This document shows, piece by piece, positions 1 to 13,745 of a DNA stretch of 64,000 bases (positions within the stretch are counted from its first letter, which is position 1; each line of letters opens with the position of its first letter). Below the pieces are notes generated by a model. The model was not told the DNA's origin. It made no database searches and was given only the letters and a program-made list of their open reading frames with translations. The position numbers were made by a program, and so were the translations under genes. Source of the DNA: Lytechinus pictus (Eukaryota); the NCBI RefSeq assembly GCF_037042905.1, contig NC_087245.1, forward strand, positions 42,534,001 through 42,598,000, in the 5' to 3' direction.

Positions 1-772
1 GCCGACGTGCCTCTAGGCTCTATACTCTATAATACCTCTAACTTAGCTCTGCTCGTTGAGCGATTTCTTCGGCCGAGTATTTGTGGCTCGAAGTCGTAGG
101 CTCTCGGCCATCCATTTCAATACAAACGTCCGCGATATGTTTTGTTTTATTTAAAATCGACGGTAACAAATAATAAACAACGTTAGATACATAGAAATAT
201 AACACAATCAACAATTTCCCGATATTCAAACGGGATAAATAACCAAACTTCCAACATAACACGATCACTCGGTTCAGGGTACATGACGGTCCGTACAGTA
301 CGCACAAATTTAGCTTTGTCAAATTTGCCAATTTGGATATCGTAAATAAATTTGTAAAAATTTTCATCAAAACTCATCAATTTGTGTTTTTAATCCATAA
401 AATAATTTAAATAGCTTTTTAATATTATTTCTAAGTGTTTTAAGTGTATATTTTATTTATTTCTGGTAAAAAAAAGTATCTATATTATGCAAACTTGGGG
501 GGCGGTTTCAGCCCGTATAGCTAGCTATGCGTTATGCACATGGAAGTACCGATACTACCGAGAGCAGTTGTACGTCGCTGACGTCACAATTTTGAACGAA
601 CCCCACAACAATGGCGATCTCCATTCAGAAACTTCGAACCTGAAGAAGCCCAACTTTGAAGAGGTGGTACTCGATACTGGGAAATCAGATTGGGGTATAA
701 GTGGATTCATTTTGATTGGCATGTACTTATCAATGATATTATGTGGTATTCAATTTTGGGTTTCATTCTCCT
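1..772. mobile_element. Right portion of a probable Kolobok-type (TTAA) non-autonomous element
   Basis: Ends ...ttctcct|TTAA like the other TTAA-flanked elements; left end lies outside the window. Confidence 0.35.
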
Positions 773-783
773 TTAAGTTAAAC

Positions 784-978
784 CTGCTATCAGAATACGG
801 GCCATGCAGTTTAAAGGAGGATGAAAATGGTATGCTTTCCGTCCTTCCCACACAGGACTTATTCCCCAATAGATACGGTTTTATATAGGGTTGTCGCCGA
901 TCACCAGTTACTAGTATTGAATCGAGTTGAATGGACAATATTTTATATGATATTGAACGTGGCAACACGAATCTGGTT
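784..978 (-). CDS. Possible next exon of the LRP-like gene (TRFVLPRSISYKILSIQLD...GPYSDS)
   Basis: Open in the frame required by phase 2; ctttaaaag acceptor; weak AG|GTTTAA donor. Confidence 0.4.
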
Positions 979-1202
979 CTTTTAAAGATAGGGGTATCAG
1001 AGGGGTATCCTCCCCGTCAAAACCTTTAGTCAGACCATGAAACAAATACTTTACATTGACAAAAATGGTGTGAGCCCAGACTGCAGGCCTTACTGATTAT
1101 TTGCTGTAGACGTAGCGGGTCCGGTATAACACAAAGGTCCCTTAAGTAAATGCAATCAATCCTAAAAAAATGTTTGCGTTACGGGCCCCTGGTTCCGATC
1201 TT

Positions 1203-1951
1203 CTAAAGGGACTGGGCTATTTGAGATGTATTGAGGACTGGGGGTGGGGGCATGATTCCCCCTTCTGATCTCGGCCGCCGTCTGCGCGATCGCGCCAAAA
1301 TTTGGCACGCACATTCTTTCCCACATAAACTACAAGCCAGTATAAAAACAAATTCTGAAAATAATCATTTTTTATATACAGTATTATGAATAAGATATGC
1401 AAATTTATTCGTGAAAAACATTATTTGCCAATTTAACACCCAATTTCACTTCAATTTTTCTTTTTTTTCCAGATGTCATCTTTGTAATCAAATTTAAACG
1501 TTTGCACAAAGAAAAATTGCGAAAGTCATTTTTCCCCCTATGTATTTCTTTGTTTTTAGAATTTCTTATGTATTTCGTTGTTTTTTATCTTTTGTTTCTC
1601 GTTGTTTTTTCGATGGAAATTATTACAGACCATTTAACAACTAAATTAAACCCTAAATTAATTAAGCAGACCAATTAGAATAAAAAATAATAACCCTTTT
1701 ATGAATTTTATCTCCCATAGACTTTGTACACAAAGTATAAAAATGAGCCATTTTCGGCATGACATTGTCTCGTAAAAAGTCACGCGGCGTCGCGATGCTA
1801 TACCCGTATGTTGCGAATTTGGTCTCAAAAGTTGCGCGAGACTTAAAAAAAAAAGTCAAAAAAATTTGTGGCGCTATCTTTTTGCGTTTCGGAAATATCG
1901 CGCGAAGCGTCGAGGGGGGGGGATCATGCCCCCCCCCCTGTCCTTTTAGGG
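1203..1951. mobile_element. piggyBac-like MITE, inverted copy of 24570-25151
   Basis: Ends gtccttttaggg|TTAA; body is reverse-complement similar to 24570-25151. Confidence 0.8.
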
Positions 1952-2321
1952 TTAACTCAAACATCACAAAGATTTCCCATTGATTACATCACATTCTGTC
2001 ATAATTTATGAATCCACTTAAATTATCAAAATATTCTTCGATTTATTCATAATTTTCTAAACTCCTTAGATCCAAGCTGAAAAATCGGCAATTGACATCA
2101 CTGGAACATCATCAGTTATTTTATATGTATAAAATAGGAAAATCAAATTTAACTGAATGGCATGCTTTTAAATAATATCTCCCCATTCACCATATTTGAG
2201 AAAAAATATAATTCAAACTATTAAATGATAATAATGAAAACACAGTTTTTGGTATTTTATCTAAATAAAAATCATCAGGAGTCATCAGGCAGCTTGGTTA
2301 GGCAGAATAGCAAAATCCCAC

Positions 2322-2493
2322 CTTTGGCTTGGATCAATCACAAAACGGTAGATGCTTTGATGAATGCTGGTCTCTTCCACAGCTCTAGAAATGTCTTTAG
2401 AATGTCTGATTGGTAGAGATATCCATTTGAGTTTTCTTCTACAGGCCCAATAAAGCGTCAGGCTTCTACGAAGAAATTTGATGTCGACAACGT
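2322..2493 (-). CDS. Exon of LRP/YWTD-like protein (VVDIKFLRRSLTLYWAC...YRFVIDPSQ)
   Basis: Long pyrimidine tract plus cgcag acceptor, AG|GTGGGA donor; LYW and VIDP motifs; phase 1 to 2. Confidence 0.7.
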
Positions 2494-3610
2494 CTGCGAA
2501 GACACAAAGGAGGAAAACAAAGATGTGAAGGTGAATAATCTTAATCATTGTGCCGTACAGACGAGTGGAGGAGGTGGGCTTAGCCATGGATCCTAAGAGT
2601 TTCACGACCAAGGAAAAACAAGAAAAATAAAAACGAGAAAGATTGTGGAATTTGATATTGTTTTTGTTTTTAATATTTATGTCAAAATCATTCAAAAATA
2701 TGTCTCTCGCCTTGCAGGTTCTCAATTTCTATGAAGTTTTGTCCCCACGCCATGTCTGCCCCCTCGAAAACTTTGATTTAAAGTTTGGGTCGACGAACAA
2801 GGGCTGCATTGTTAAGCTAAAAAGCAAAACCTTCTCTATCCTCGATATGGTGGAGGGTTGTACTATATAGATGAAAAGACAAATTTTAAAGGCACCCCCA
2901 TCCCCTTAAAGAAAATATCTTTAGGAATCGATCGCCCAAAGTGTGCGAAAAGTCTGGCGAACTTTGAAATATTCTCCTTCTCGTGATTACTTTCAGTAAA
3001 AATACTGACAAAAAATATGTTTCCCGATATTCTGCTGTATTATACAAGTAGTAAAATACTTCAGCACTGAACTTTGCTGTAATATAAATTGACAATGATA
3101 AGTGAGTGAACAAAGCGAGCAAAACATTTAAAAATACAAATTTCCCCTTTTCTCCCAACTTTTTTTTCTCTACGATAACCATGATAACGGAGGGTGTCAC
3201 GTTTCTAACTGACACCACTTAATGACAACCATATCTTTTAAACTTTAGTGCTCCTTTTCCCTGTATTTTCCTTTTCTTTTCATCTTTATTATCTTCTCTT
3301 CTCTTTATCTTTTTTAAATATAATTTCACTATTTCTATTCCATTTTGTACTATTTTTTGTCACATGTCCCCCTATATTATTTTTACTTTTATTTCATTTT
3401 CTCTTCCCTATTATCACGCTTTCTGCGGATTCACAAAGTTATCGACGTTGCATTTATGAGTGCAGACTCTTTGGACGATTATCTCTCCTTTATTAACATG
3501 GCTACGATACACAGTACCCCCCCCTCTCCCCCCTCACCCCTTCATGCCCATCCATACTCCTTCCAATCTGCCCTCCTTTAATTGCGCATGCGCAAAGGAA
3601 ATATACCTAC

Positions 3611-3862
3611 CTTTTTCTCCATAAGAAATGATGGTCGAATTATGCGATCCCAATTCTACCATCCTTATATCACTTATAGAATTAAAACGCCCAGAGGTGA
3701 CATGCACGAAGTATATAATATCATCCGTCGCATCGAAGTCAAAATATTCAATTTGGGTATTATCATGGAGGGTTAATATCGATGAAAACACCAGATCTGA
3801 CACATTGGCGATCATCACTCCTCTCCTATTTATGTTTTTGATGAGCAGCTGAACTTGCTTTC
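3611..3862 (-). CDS. Exon of divergent LRP/YWTD-like beta-propeller protein (KQVQLLIKN...EYFDFDATDDIIYFVH...YGEK)
   Basis: ttttttcataattgcag acceptor, AAG|GTAGGT donor, 252 nt open, phase 1-1; FDFD..DDIIYF resembles the 'idfD...IYWtD' blade motif. Confidence 0.7.
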
Positions 3863-4008
3863 CTGCAATTATGAAAAAATCAAGTCATTTTGATAAGCCT
3901 TATTTGCTTAGAAAGATAGAATGATTCACTAATGAAACAGACTAGGCTCCAAACCGACCGACCGAAGATAATACATTCGAAACAAACGCAATAGCTTTGA
4001 TGGGTCTG

Positions 4009-4153
4009 GGACCCTTTGCAGAAAGAGATGCGTTCAAACGCAACTCATAAAATCAAACATAAGTCCCTAATACGTGCATTTCATTGGATGAAAGTCAAGT
4101 TGCGTTTAATGTTTGAAGTTGTGTTTGATCGCAACTCCTTCTGCAAGGGGCCC
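4009..4153. mobile_element. Small palindromic MITE with CTG TSD (Harbinger-like)
   Basis: TIRs ggaccctttgcagaa / ttctgcaaggggccc flanked by CTG at 4006-4008 and 4154-4156. Confidence 0.65.
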
Positions 4154-6256
4154 CTGGAATCTGTTTCGTCAGTGTGACTGTGACCAATCCAATAACATAA
4201 ATTAATCTCGAGTTCACTTTGAATTGAAAGCATAATATTAACCAATCATCTATTGAGCTAGTTCCTGTTTATCGTTGCAAATAATGAGAACGGGAAAAAA
4301 ATTACACTTGAAAGAACTTCACAAGCCAAAAATATTTTCCAGAATATGATGTATATTTATACATTTTTTTTAAATTAAAAGTTCAGTGTGCCTCTCTTTA
4401 TTTACAAAAGACATTGTGCACATTTCCTGTAGTAGAAATTCTGACATTGATGGATTTCCAGAGTAACTCTTTGTAAAACAGAGCCCTTGATTTTTTTTTA
4501 AATCCGTTATATGAATGTATATATATTAATATGCATACACACTTTTTTTTTTAATAATGTTTTTATTCTGATTTCATGAACAACAAAAAAATATATAACA
4601 TTTCAAATCACATATAATACTTGACATTTCATATTTTCACTTTTTTTCACTAACTTGATAAAATCATGAATCATATATATCTTAAAGAAAACAATGAAAT
4701 CAGTTATTATACCCCCACACACACCATTACACACACACACACACATCTGGCATGTACATACTTCCGTAAACCCATGACGTCTTCCTTTCACAACATGCTG
4801 CATCGCGCTTTACAATGCATAACATATGAAAAGAAAAAAAAATCCGAGCAATTAGTTGCTCAATGAGCACGGTAGACACTTTTAAATGGGTTATTGGATA
4901 CGTACATAATTTAATACTCTAAATTTTATCATCATGACATCAACGTCAATTCTTGATCTAACAACACATTTTTTATTAATTTGACTTGTATCGTTAAAGC
5001 AGTCTGAAGTTTTGGTAAAGTATCAATAAAGTTAATTATTTAGGCCTACTTGAGTTTCATCTAACATTTTGATATTAAAAAAGCGCATTGGCCACTGAAT
5101 TTTTTTTTTCAACCCTTAAAGTCGTTTCGAATGTAGCCCCGGGGGTTAAGCCTACTCTATCGGTTATGCTTTAGTTTTCTTAAAAATTAGCACTTTGATG
5201 ACTTACCTTGAAAATGTAGTGATTGTATATTGATAAGGTTAAATGTGGTAAATAGGCCGGTTGTTTAATGAGAACCCAAGAATGTGGGATGATAAGATTC
5301 ATTACTGGTTTGATCAACTTGGCCCCTCTTTTATTGCATTGCAATTACAATGACAATATCTTGTCACATGTATGAACGAATCGTGTACTGCTGTTTTACG
5401 GACGAACTTTACAAGCCTGCGTGAGAATCAGGTCAAGCACTCCCCTCGTGGAAAGATATGCAACGGAAAGTAACAAGCTGAAACAAATTATCTGGTATAA
5501 CGAAAATGTATACAGTTCGTATCAATAAAAAGTTTACACTTTGGAAAAGAATTGAAACAAAATAGGGATAATTTTTTTCACATATATTCTTGGGTTTGGG
5601 TCTCATCTTTCAAATCAAAGTAAACATTTTGACAAAATGTTACACTTGACTGAACACTTTCCATTTTTGTAAAGCTCGTAGTAATCGGTTTGCGCAAAGT
5701 GCTCATTTTCACGCCGTGCCAAGGAAAACAAGCGAAAACAAACTTTGACAGTGCGCTACATCTCTCACATTTCTTTGCATTTTTAGCCAATTGAAATAAC
5801 AGATACATTATAACATTCTGTAACAACTTTGACACCCTAAATTAACATTTAACGTTTTTTGTACAAGCTGGATCTGAGGACATAACTGAATGTCAACAAA
5901 AGTTATTTCAGACATCTCCAGTATTTTCACTAAGTTTTTTTTATCATTTAAAGTGGGTTTGCATTTTACATTTCTTTTAATGCTTGTTTCTCTACATTTT
6001 TCCAAGCTTGACAATGATTAACAAAAGGAAAATCAAACCTAAGCCATTTCATGTGAATCACAGCTCCGTGTAAAGCAAATATCATCACCATGACTTCGGT
6101 GTGTGGAGAGGGGGTGAGCGTAATGGTGCTCTATATGAAGTGTTTTTGGCAATGAAACAAGTCAAACAGTTAGAAGATACCTTCAAATCAATCTTTCTAG
6201 CTAAAAATCCAGGTATTCTTACGTCGACCTTTATCTTAAATATTTCCAAGGTCTTA

Positions 6257-9200
6257 GTCCGGCAGCCCAGGAGGTTTATTCAACCGAAAGCCGGACAAGC
6301 AAATGACCCCATAGCTGGATGGCATGGACCCTGAAGTTTACAAAAATGCATTGCTGCCGGGTTCTATCCGTGGTCTTCCCTCCGAAATGACGTAATATAT
6401 GACGTCACTACAAAATAGCCCTATTTCACCATTTTTATAGACATTCTACACTTAGCATGAAGTCAAGGGGGAATATCTCAGCCAAACCATGCTTGTTTTG
6501 TATGAAACTTTCAAAATATTTTTTTCAAATAATGCACAAGAGATATACAAAATTTCACGAACAGAAATTATTGTTTACATATGCAAATTACGTAATGAAA
6601 TTTGCATATCATTAGTTTGGGAGATTTCTTGCTTCAAAAATCGATTCAGAATTTTATTTTATTTTTTAGTGAACTTTACTTGATATATTTCCTCTCAATC
6701 ATAATATCATTCTCTTCATCTATATCTCTACTTCTAGAAAATATATGCCAGTAATTGGAAATGACATTATAGACTGTGATTTCAGCCCCCTTTTCAATAT
6801 GATGCGCACTGATAGAAATCGTGCGTTTTTGGCCTATTTTTACCATATAGCTGAGGTGTGCGAACGATATACCTACTTTTATTGATGTTTTCTGCATTTT
6901 GCATGATATCAAATCTTCCAAACAACATATTTTCATCTTCATTATGTCTCTGCTGATAAACAAATGATTTCAGCAAAGATTGATTGCCCACTGAGCAGTC
7001 TATAGGCTTCGTTTTCAGCCTGGTTTTCAACAACGAATCTATACCATGTATGACTGCATCGTTGTATAGTCGAGTCAGATAAGGGGGTTCCTGTGTACCA
7101 TCAAAATATTTTTCACTCAACGTTTTTGTATTTGCCTGAAGTGTCTAGTTAATGTCTCTTGATGTTCCCTTTGCAAAATCGTGTCCAACGGGGTTCAAAA
7201 TTGATATCTTTGGCGGCCCTCTTGGACTTTTTAAATGAAAATCAATTATTTTCATATTTTATTGCACAGAGTCTGACAATGGGACAATCTTAAATGAATA
7301 CGCATTTCACTATGGTTTGGATAGTAGAAATCGGTTGAAATTGTTTTCTGAATAGTCCGGTTAATATATTTTGGAAAAAAAAACAAGAATTCATAAAAAA
7401 AAATTGAACCAAAATAATCATGGGCATTGACATCTATCTGTTTTATCTTGTATCGCCTTTGTTGATGTGCCTAACATGCAGAAATGCATGTAACGTGCTT
7501 AGCGATCGATAGAAAGGTATGTATTACTTGTATCATGTGTATGAGGGTAAAAGGCGTTTTCTACACAAAGCAACTTTTATAATAATGAAATCTCTTGAAA
7601 AAGATAGAGGATCGAGGCATTGCTCTGCATTTTCATTTTGCATGCAATTACTCTCGGGCACCTTAAAGCATAGTCCCACAAGAGCCAGTAGAAGGTTACA
7701 TACCACACCCTTATCCGTAGCTTGACTATTTGATATCGTGCTTTTCGGAGCCCCCAATGTGGCAAAATTTTGTTTTGGGTATGTATTTTTTTCCTTTAAA
7801 TCACTTAGAGACAAAAGAGTAGGCTTTTCTCTATCAGCTACATCTAAAGAAGTTAGGGCATAACAAAGCCTACCCCTCAGGGGGCTGTCAAAGTCACCCA
7901 ATCCTTTTTTCGTATTTTTCCAATTTTTCGGAAAATTCGTCATTTTGGAGAACCATTGAGGCAAAAAGTGTTTCTGCCTTGCAGTAAAGCCCTTGTTTTT
8001 TTTTTGTAAGCACATAAAGATGACAAAGTATGATATTCTTTATCAGTTACATATAAAGATGTGGTAGCACACTGAAGCCTTCCCCCTTCAGGGGCTGCCG
8101 AACTCTTCCAACTTTTAAGTCTATTTTCCCTCTTTATTGAAAAATTGCAATGTTTGAGCCCCCATTCAGGCAAAAGGGCATTTCTGCTATATAGTAAAGC
8201 TAGTTTTGATTTTGGAAACCACTTGGATATAAAAGAATAGGCTTTTTTCTATCAGCTACATGTAAAAAGAGTGCTGGCATATCGACTTCTACCTTCTTCA
8301 GAGGCTCCAAGATTGGCAGATTTTCCCATATATTGGAAAAAATATGAAAAGTGGTGGGTGACTTTGGGAACCCCCAGAGGGGATAGGCTTTGCTCCGCAA
8401 CCACTTATTAGCAGCAGATAGAAGAAAGTCTACTCATTTAATTCCACGTAGTTTCAAAAGAATAAAACTGGCTTTACTATATAGCAGAAACATTTTTTAC
8501 CTCAATGGGGGCTCGAAAATAGCATATTTTCCCATAAATAGGTAAAATATGGAAAAGGGGTGGTGGATTTCGGCGACCCCCTAAGGGGGTATGCTCCAAT
8601 ATGCAAACACTTCTTTGTATGTAGCAGATAGAAGAACCTCTACTCTTTCGTCTCCATATAAGTTAAAAACAATAAAAATTGGCCTTTACTACATAGCAGC
8701 AGAACTTTTTGCCTCAATGAGGGCTCGAAAATAGCATTTTCCCATAAATAGGTAAAATATGGAAAAGGGGTAGGTGATTTCGACGACCTCCTAAGGGGGT
8801 ATGCTTTAATATGCCAGCACTTCTTTATATGTAGCAGATAGAGAAAACTCAACTCTTTCGTATCCACATAGTTTAAAAGCAATGAAAGTGGTTTTACTTC
8901 ATAGCAGAAACACCTTTTGCCTCAACGGGGGCTCGAAAATAGCACATTTTCCCATAAATTTGCAAAATACGTAAAAGGGACGGGTAACTTCGGCAGTCCC
9001 CAGAGGGGGTAGGCTTTGCTGTACCAGCACTTCTTAATATGTAGCAGATAAAAAAAAAAAAAAAACTCTACTCCTTCGTCTCCATACAGTTTAAAAACAA
9101 TAAAGGTGGCCTTACTACATAGCAGCAACACTTTTTGCCTCAATGGGGGCTCGAAAATAGCACATTTCCCCATAAATAGGTGAAATATGAAAAAGGGGTG

Positions 9201-11501
9201 GGTGATTTCGACGCCCCCTTAAGGGGGTATGCTTCAATATGCCAGCACTTCTTTATATGTAGCAGATAGAGGAAACTCGACTCTTTCGTATCCACAAAGT
9301 TTAAAAGTAATAAAAGTGGTTTTACTTCATAGCAGAAACACCTTTTGCCTCAAAGGGGCTCGAAAACAGCACATTTTCCCATAAATAGGTGAAATATGAA
9401 AAAGGGGTGGGTGATTTCGACGCCCCCTTAAGGGGGTATGCTTCAATATGCCAGCACTTCTTTATATGTAGCAGATGGAGGAAACTCGCCGGACTTTTTC
9501 GTATCCATATAGTTTCAAACCAATAAAAGTGGCTTTACTACATAGCAGAAGCACTTTTTGCCTCAATGGGGGCTCGAAAATAGCACACTTTCCCATAAAT
9601 AGGTGAAATATGAAAAAGGGGTGGGTGATTTCGACGCTCCCTTAAGGGGGTATGCTTCAATATGCTAGCACTTCTCTATATGTAGCAGATAGAGGAAACT
9701 CTACTCTTTTATCTCCATGTAGTTTCAAAAGAATGAAAGTGGCTTTATTCCATATCAGAAACGTTTTTTGCCTCAAACGGGGCTCCAAATTAGCATATTT
9801 TCCCATAAATGGGTAAAATACGTAAAAAGGGTGGGTAACTTTGGCAGTCCCTAGAGGGGATAGGCTTTGCTGTACCAGCAAAGCAGATAGAGAAAACTCT
9901 ACTTTTTTATCCCTAAGTGGTTAAACAACAATAAAAGTGACTTAACTGCAAAGCAGAAACGTCTTTTCCCTTCAATGGGGCTCAAAAAAAGTAGAATTTT
10001 CCAAGAAATGGGCAAAATACGAAAAAAGGATGGGGGACTCCGGCGGTCCCATAAAGAGGGGGGGGGGGGGGTAGGCTTTGCTGCGCCTTCATTTCTTTAT
10101 AATGTAGCTGATAGAGAAAAATATACTGTTACAGAGGTTGCTTTTTGGTGTCATTTTATCGCAATATCGAGCAATATATGGTATTTGCCCTTTAACTAAG
10201 CAAATTAGGACATACTGTCATGAAGCGTTTCAGTATTATCGGTATATTATAAAAAATTATCTTCTTTCGTGTCAAATGCTGATGTTGTGCAATAGTTGTT
10301 GATGTTAATGATTGAACAGATAGATATCAATGCACATGCAAATTTTTGACCAGTGGCAATTTCTGGATGAATTTTATTTCAAAATATATTAGCTGTCCAG
10401 AAAACGAATTCAATCAATTTCTACTATCCGAATCATAGAGTAATGCGTATTCATTTTTTAAGATTGTCCCATTTTCACACTCTGTGCAAAAAATATGAAA
10501 ATAATTACTTTTCATTAAAAAAAATCCAAGAGGGCCGCCAAAGATATCAATTTTGAACCCTGTTGGACACGATTTTGCCAAGGGAACATCAAGATTAATT
10601 AACTAGACACTTCAGGCAAATACAAAAACGTTGAGTAAAAAATAAATATGATGGTGCAAAGGAACTCCCATTTCCGACTCGACTACAATAATGCAGTCAT
10701 ACATGGTATAGGTTCATTGTTGAAAACTAGGCTGAAAACGAAGCCTATAGACTGCCCAGTGGGCAATCAATCTTTGCTGAAATCATTTATTTATCAGCAG
10801 AGACATAATGGAGATGAAAATATGTTGTTTGGAAGATTTAATATCATGCAAAATGCAGGAAACATCAATAAAGTAGGCATATCGTTCGCACACCTCAGGT
10901 ATATGGTGAAAATAGGCCCAAAACGCACGATTTCTATAAGTGCGCATCATATTGAAAAGGGGGCTGAAATCACAGTCTATAATGTCATTTCTAATTACTG
11001 ACATATATTTTCTAAAAGTAGAGATATAGATGAAGAGAATGATATTATGCTTAAGAGGAAATATATCAAGTAAAGTTCACTAAAAAAGAAAATAAATTTC
11101 TGAATCGATTTTCGACAATTTTTGATGCAAGAAATCTCCCAAACTAATGATATGCAAATTTTATTACGTAATTTGCATATGTAAACAATAAATTCTGTTC
11201 GTGAAATTTTGCATATCTCTTGTGCATTATTTGAAAAAAATATTTTGAAAGTTTCATACAAAACAAGCATGGTTTGGCTGAGATATTTCCCCTTGACTTC
11301 ATGCTATGTGTAGAATGTCTAAAAAATTGTGAAATAGGGCCATTTTGTAGTGACGTCATATATTACGTCATTTCGGAGGGAAGACCACGGATAGAACCCG
11401 GCAGCAATGCATTTTTGTAAACTTCAGGGTCCATGCCATCCAGCTATGGGGTCATTTGCTTGTCCGGCTTTCGGTTGAATAAATCTCCTGGGCTGCCGGA
11501 C
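6257..11501. mobile_element. Foldback-type non-autonomous element: ~1.19 kb inverted arms (6257-~7443, ~10315-11501) around a tandem array
   Basis: TA|GTCCGGCAGCCCAGGAG ... CTCCTGGGCTGCCGGAC|TA; arms are near-identical reverse complements (mirrored ORFs 6489+ and 10995-). Confidence 0.9.
7740..10115. repeat. ~210 bp tandem repeat array: ~3 units in one orientation, then ~8-9 in the opposite orientation
   Basis: Anchor 'agca(t/c)attttcccataaat' recurs at ~8521, 8733, 8941, 9159, 9368, 9582 and 9792; reverse-complement units before ~8305. Confidence 0.9.
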
Positions 11502-11939
11502 TATAATTTTCATGAACTTTTCAAAAATCGGTGGTGCTCACTCAAGCGGAAAGATTTTTCGACAGTTATATCGTCCTTTGCTTAAAGAGATCTGTAACGA
11601 TGTTTAAACGGGGAAAAGCTTCAGGATATTACAAATATATAATTTTACAGGGTTATTTCTTAGTGTAAACTTTTTGATACGCACTGTATATATATATAGC
11701 GTTCAACAAATATACACTCTATGTTTTTAGAGGATGGTATGAAAGTGGTTTCACCTTTCTAGAGGATGGAAATTGTGATGGGAATTTTCTCTCCACAGAA
11801 AACAATGCTCTAAGACTCAAAACCATAAAAGGAAAATGTAATGTAATATATAATTACTCTAAATCAAGAAAATCGATGCCTCAAATTTGGAACACTTCAA
11901 TTAGAACCACATTTACAAATACCACTTTTGATCATTGGA

Positions 11940-12700
11940 GAAAAAGAAAAACATATCAGTGAATGTAGTAGCAAATTCTTAAATAAACTGCTTTTTCCCG
12001 ATTACTCGCACACCAATACGTGTTATTTACTGGGAAGATAAGCTAGAAACCAATTTCGACTGGGAAGTAATCTTTAAACGTAATCTAATCAAATTCAAGA
12101 CAACAAGTTACACGAATTAAATTTCGAACTTCTTTATAACCTATATTACCTGTGAGAAGAAACCTACACAAATGCGGTTTAGTGAATGATAACATCTGTT
12201 CTCATAGCGAAACGGGAGAAGATATTCACCACGCTTTTATTTCTTGTGATTTAAACAAACCATTCCTTGAAAAAAATGATTAAACAAGTATTTTCATAAA
12301 GATGTAGAAATGAATAATAAAATTTTGTTTTAATCATGAAGTAGATGAGTTTTACTTCTGTTGCACTTTGGTGAATTCACAAAGTCATTCTTTCAAGAAA
12401 CATATGTGGAAAACAAGAGAGATAATCTGAAATTCATATTCCTAATAGGAATAGCAAGAAAGCTCGATACAGAAAAAAATATGTCTGTCTACCCAGAGAA
12501 ATCATCTAATACGTGGTGAATCTTTGTTGTCACTCAATGATTGTCAAAATCTATTGTATACATAGCTTATGTAAGATTATTGGATGATTGCATAACCATG
12601 TAATTGTTTTTGTATCGATATAATTTTCGAAATGTCCTTTCATCTCATGTATGTTCATTTGTATAACGTGTTATGTTGCTTTGTTTGTAAATAAAATCCT
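11940..12700 (+). mobile_element. Degenerate 3' end of L1/Tx1-clade LINE (zf-RVT-like C-terminus)
   Basis: Frameshifted translation from 12061: WEVIFKRNL/QIQDNKLHELNFELLYN/ILPVRRNLHKCGLVNDNICSHSETGEDIHHAFISC; AATAAA at ~12690. Confidence 0.65.
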
Positions 12701-12726
12701 CTATTTGGAGGGGGGAAATAGATATA

Positions 12727-13533
12727 CAGTGCGTCCCACGAAAAACGAAACCGAGATTTAGCTATAATTTATCATAACTTAATCACAAATACAATAAACA
12801 AATGACATACCAATTTAAAGCTTAGAATGTCCTCTTTACTTAGATTATTCCTCATTCACGCATGAGTGAGCAAAAACAATATGAAGAAAGGATACCAGAA
12901 ACTCATTTTGCGGGGGTATCTGAATTTCAAAAAGAAATTCACATGCCTAGAAGTTCAATATCTGTTCTTTTATTGATACCTTAATCACACAAAATGGTCA
13001 AGAAGTAAAAAAAAGTTATGTTCCCTCGAAACAATACTTGTATTTCCATAATTTTTTTGATAAACGTGTTTTCACCGGTTTCCCACAGAAGATCTATACA
13101 AAAGACTTAATGCATAGCTGATCGTCCACAAAAACGGAGAGTTGTGTGAGTCTGAACTCTAGCCTGTAAAACCTCTTCATTTTATTAAATTATTGAAATT
13201 CAAGCCTTATTTCAAATAACCAGAACTCTGTTATTTCTTAAATATTTTCTGTAATTGAGGCATCAAATTAAAGAGCAGATATTGAACTTTTTGAAAATGT
13301 GGTTTTCTTTTTAAAACCCTGATAGAGCCCGCCAGCCAAATGACTTTTTGGTATCCCCTCTTTAAATTGTTTTTGCTCACTCATGCGTAAATGAAAAAAA
13401 AATCTTAAGTAATTTCAGATGAAAGAAGAGATTCTAAGCTTCACAATGGTAGGTTATTTGTCTATTGTGTTTTTTTTATTAAGTTATGATAAATCATTGA
13501 TAAATCTCGGTTTCGTTTTTGTGGGACGCACTG
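12727..13533. mobile_element. Tc1/mariner-like MITE with long TIRs, TA TSD
   Basis: TA|CAGTGCGTCCCACGAAAAACGAAACCGAGA ... TCTCGGTTTCGTTTTTGTGGGACGCACTG|TA; second copy at 31181. Confidence 0.9.
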
Positions 13534-13665
13534 TAATGTACATCCTTACGTCCGGATAATTATTTTAATGTAAAATCACAAAACTTGTCCATAAAGCACG
13601 GACCGCTGCAGCGCTGGGAGAACAGCTTTTGGAACTGGGTGGCGACCTTCGATAAAATATTCCCT

Positions 13666-13745
13666 TATTATTATCATTATCATTATTATAATTATTATTA
13701 TTATTGTTGTTGCTATTGTTATTATCATCATCATTATTATTACTA
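13666..13745. repeat. (ATT/ATC)n microsatellite
   Basis: Direct reading. Confidence 0.85.

Larger units (their letters stand above)
5513..11686. mobile_element. Tc1/mariner-like MITE (~930 bp of own sequence) split by a 5.2 kb insertion
   Basis: TA|CAGTTCGTATCAATAAAAAGTTTACACT ... AGTGTAAACTTTTTGATACGCACTG|TA. Confidence 0.8.

Noticed and set aside
487..888. 133 aa plus-strand ORF
   Set aside because: Spans a repeat end and is antisense to a candidate exon; no recognisable domain.
2494..2725. N-terminal part of the 146 aa ORF 2285-2725, including an apparent hydrophobic segment
   Set aside because: The hydrophobic stretch is the translated pyrimidine tract of the acceptor at 2494-2495.
8310..10115. 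CRISPR-like regular repeats with palindromic cores
   Set aside because: Whole 210 bp units repeat with no unique spacers; no cas genes; eukaryotic context.
6489..11359. Paired similar ORFs on opposite strands
   Set aside because: Mirror products of the inverted arms; no transposase motifs.
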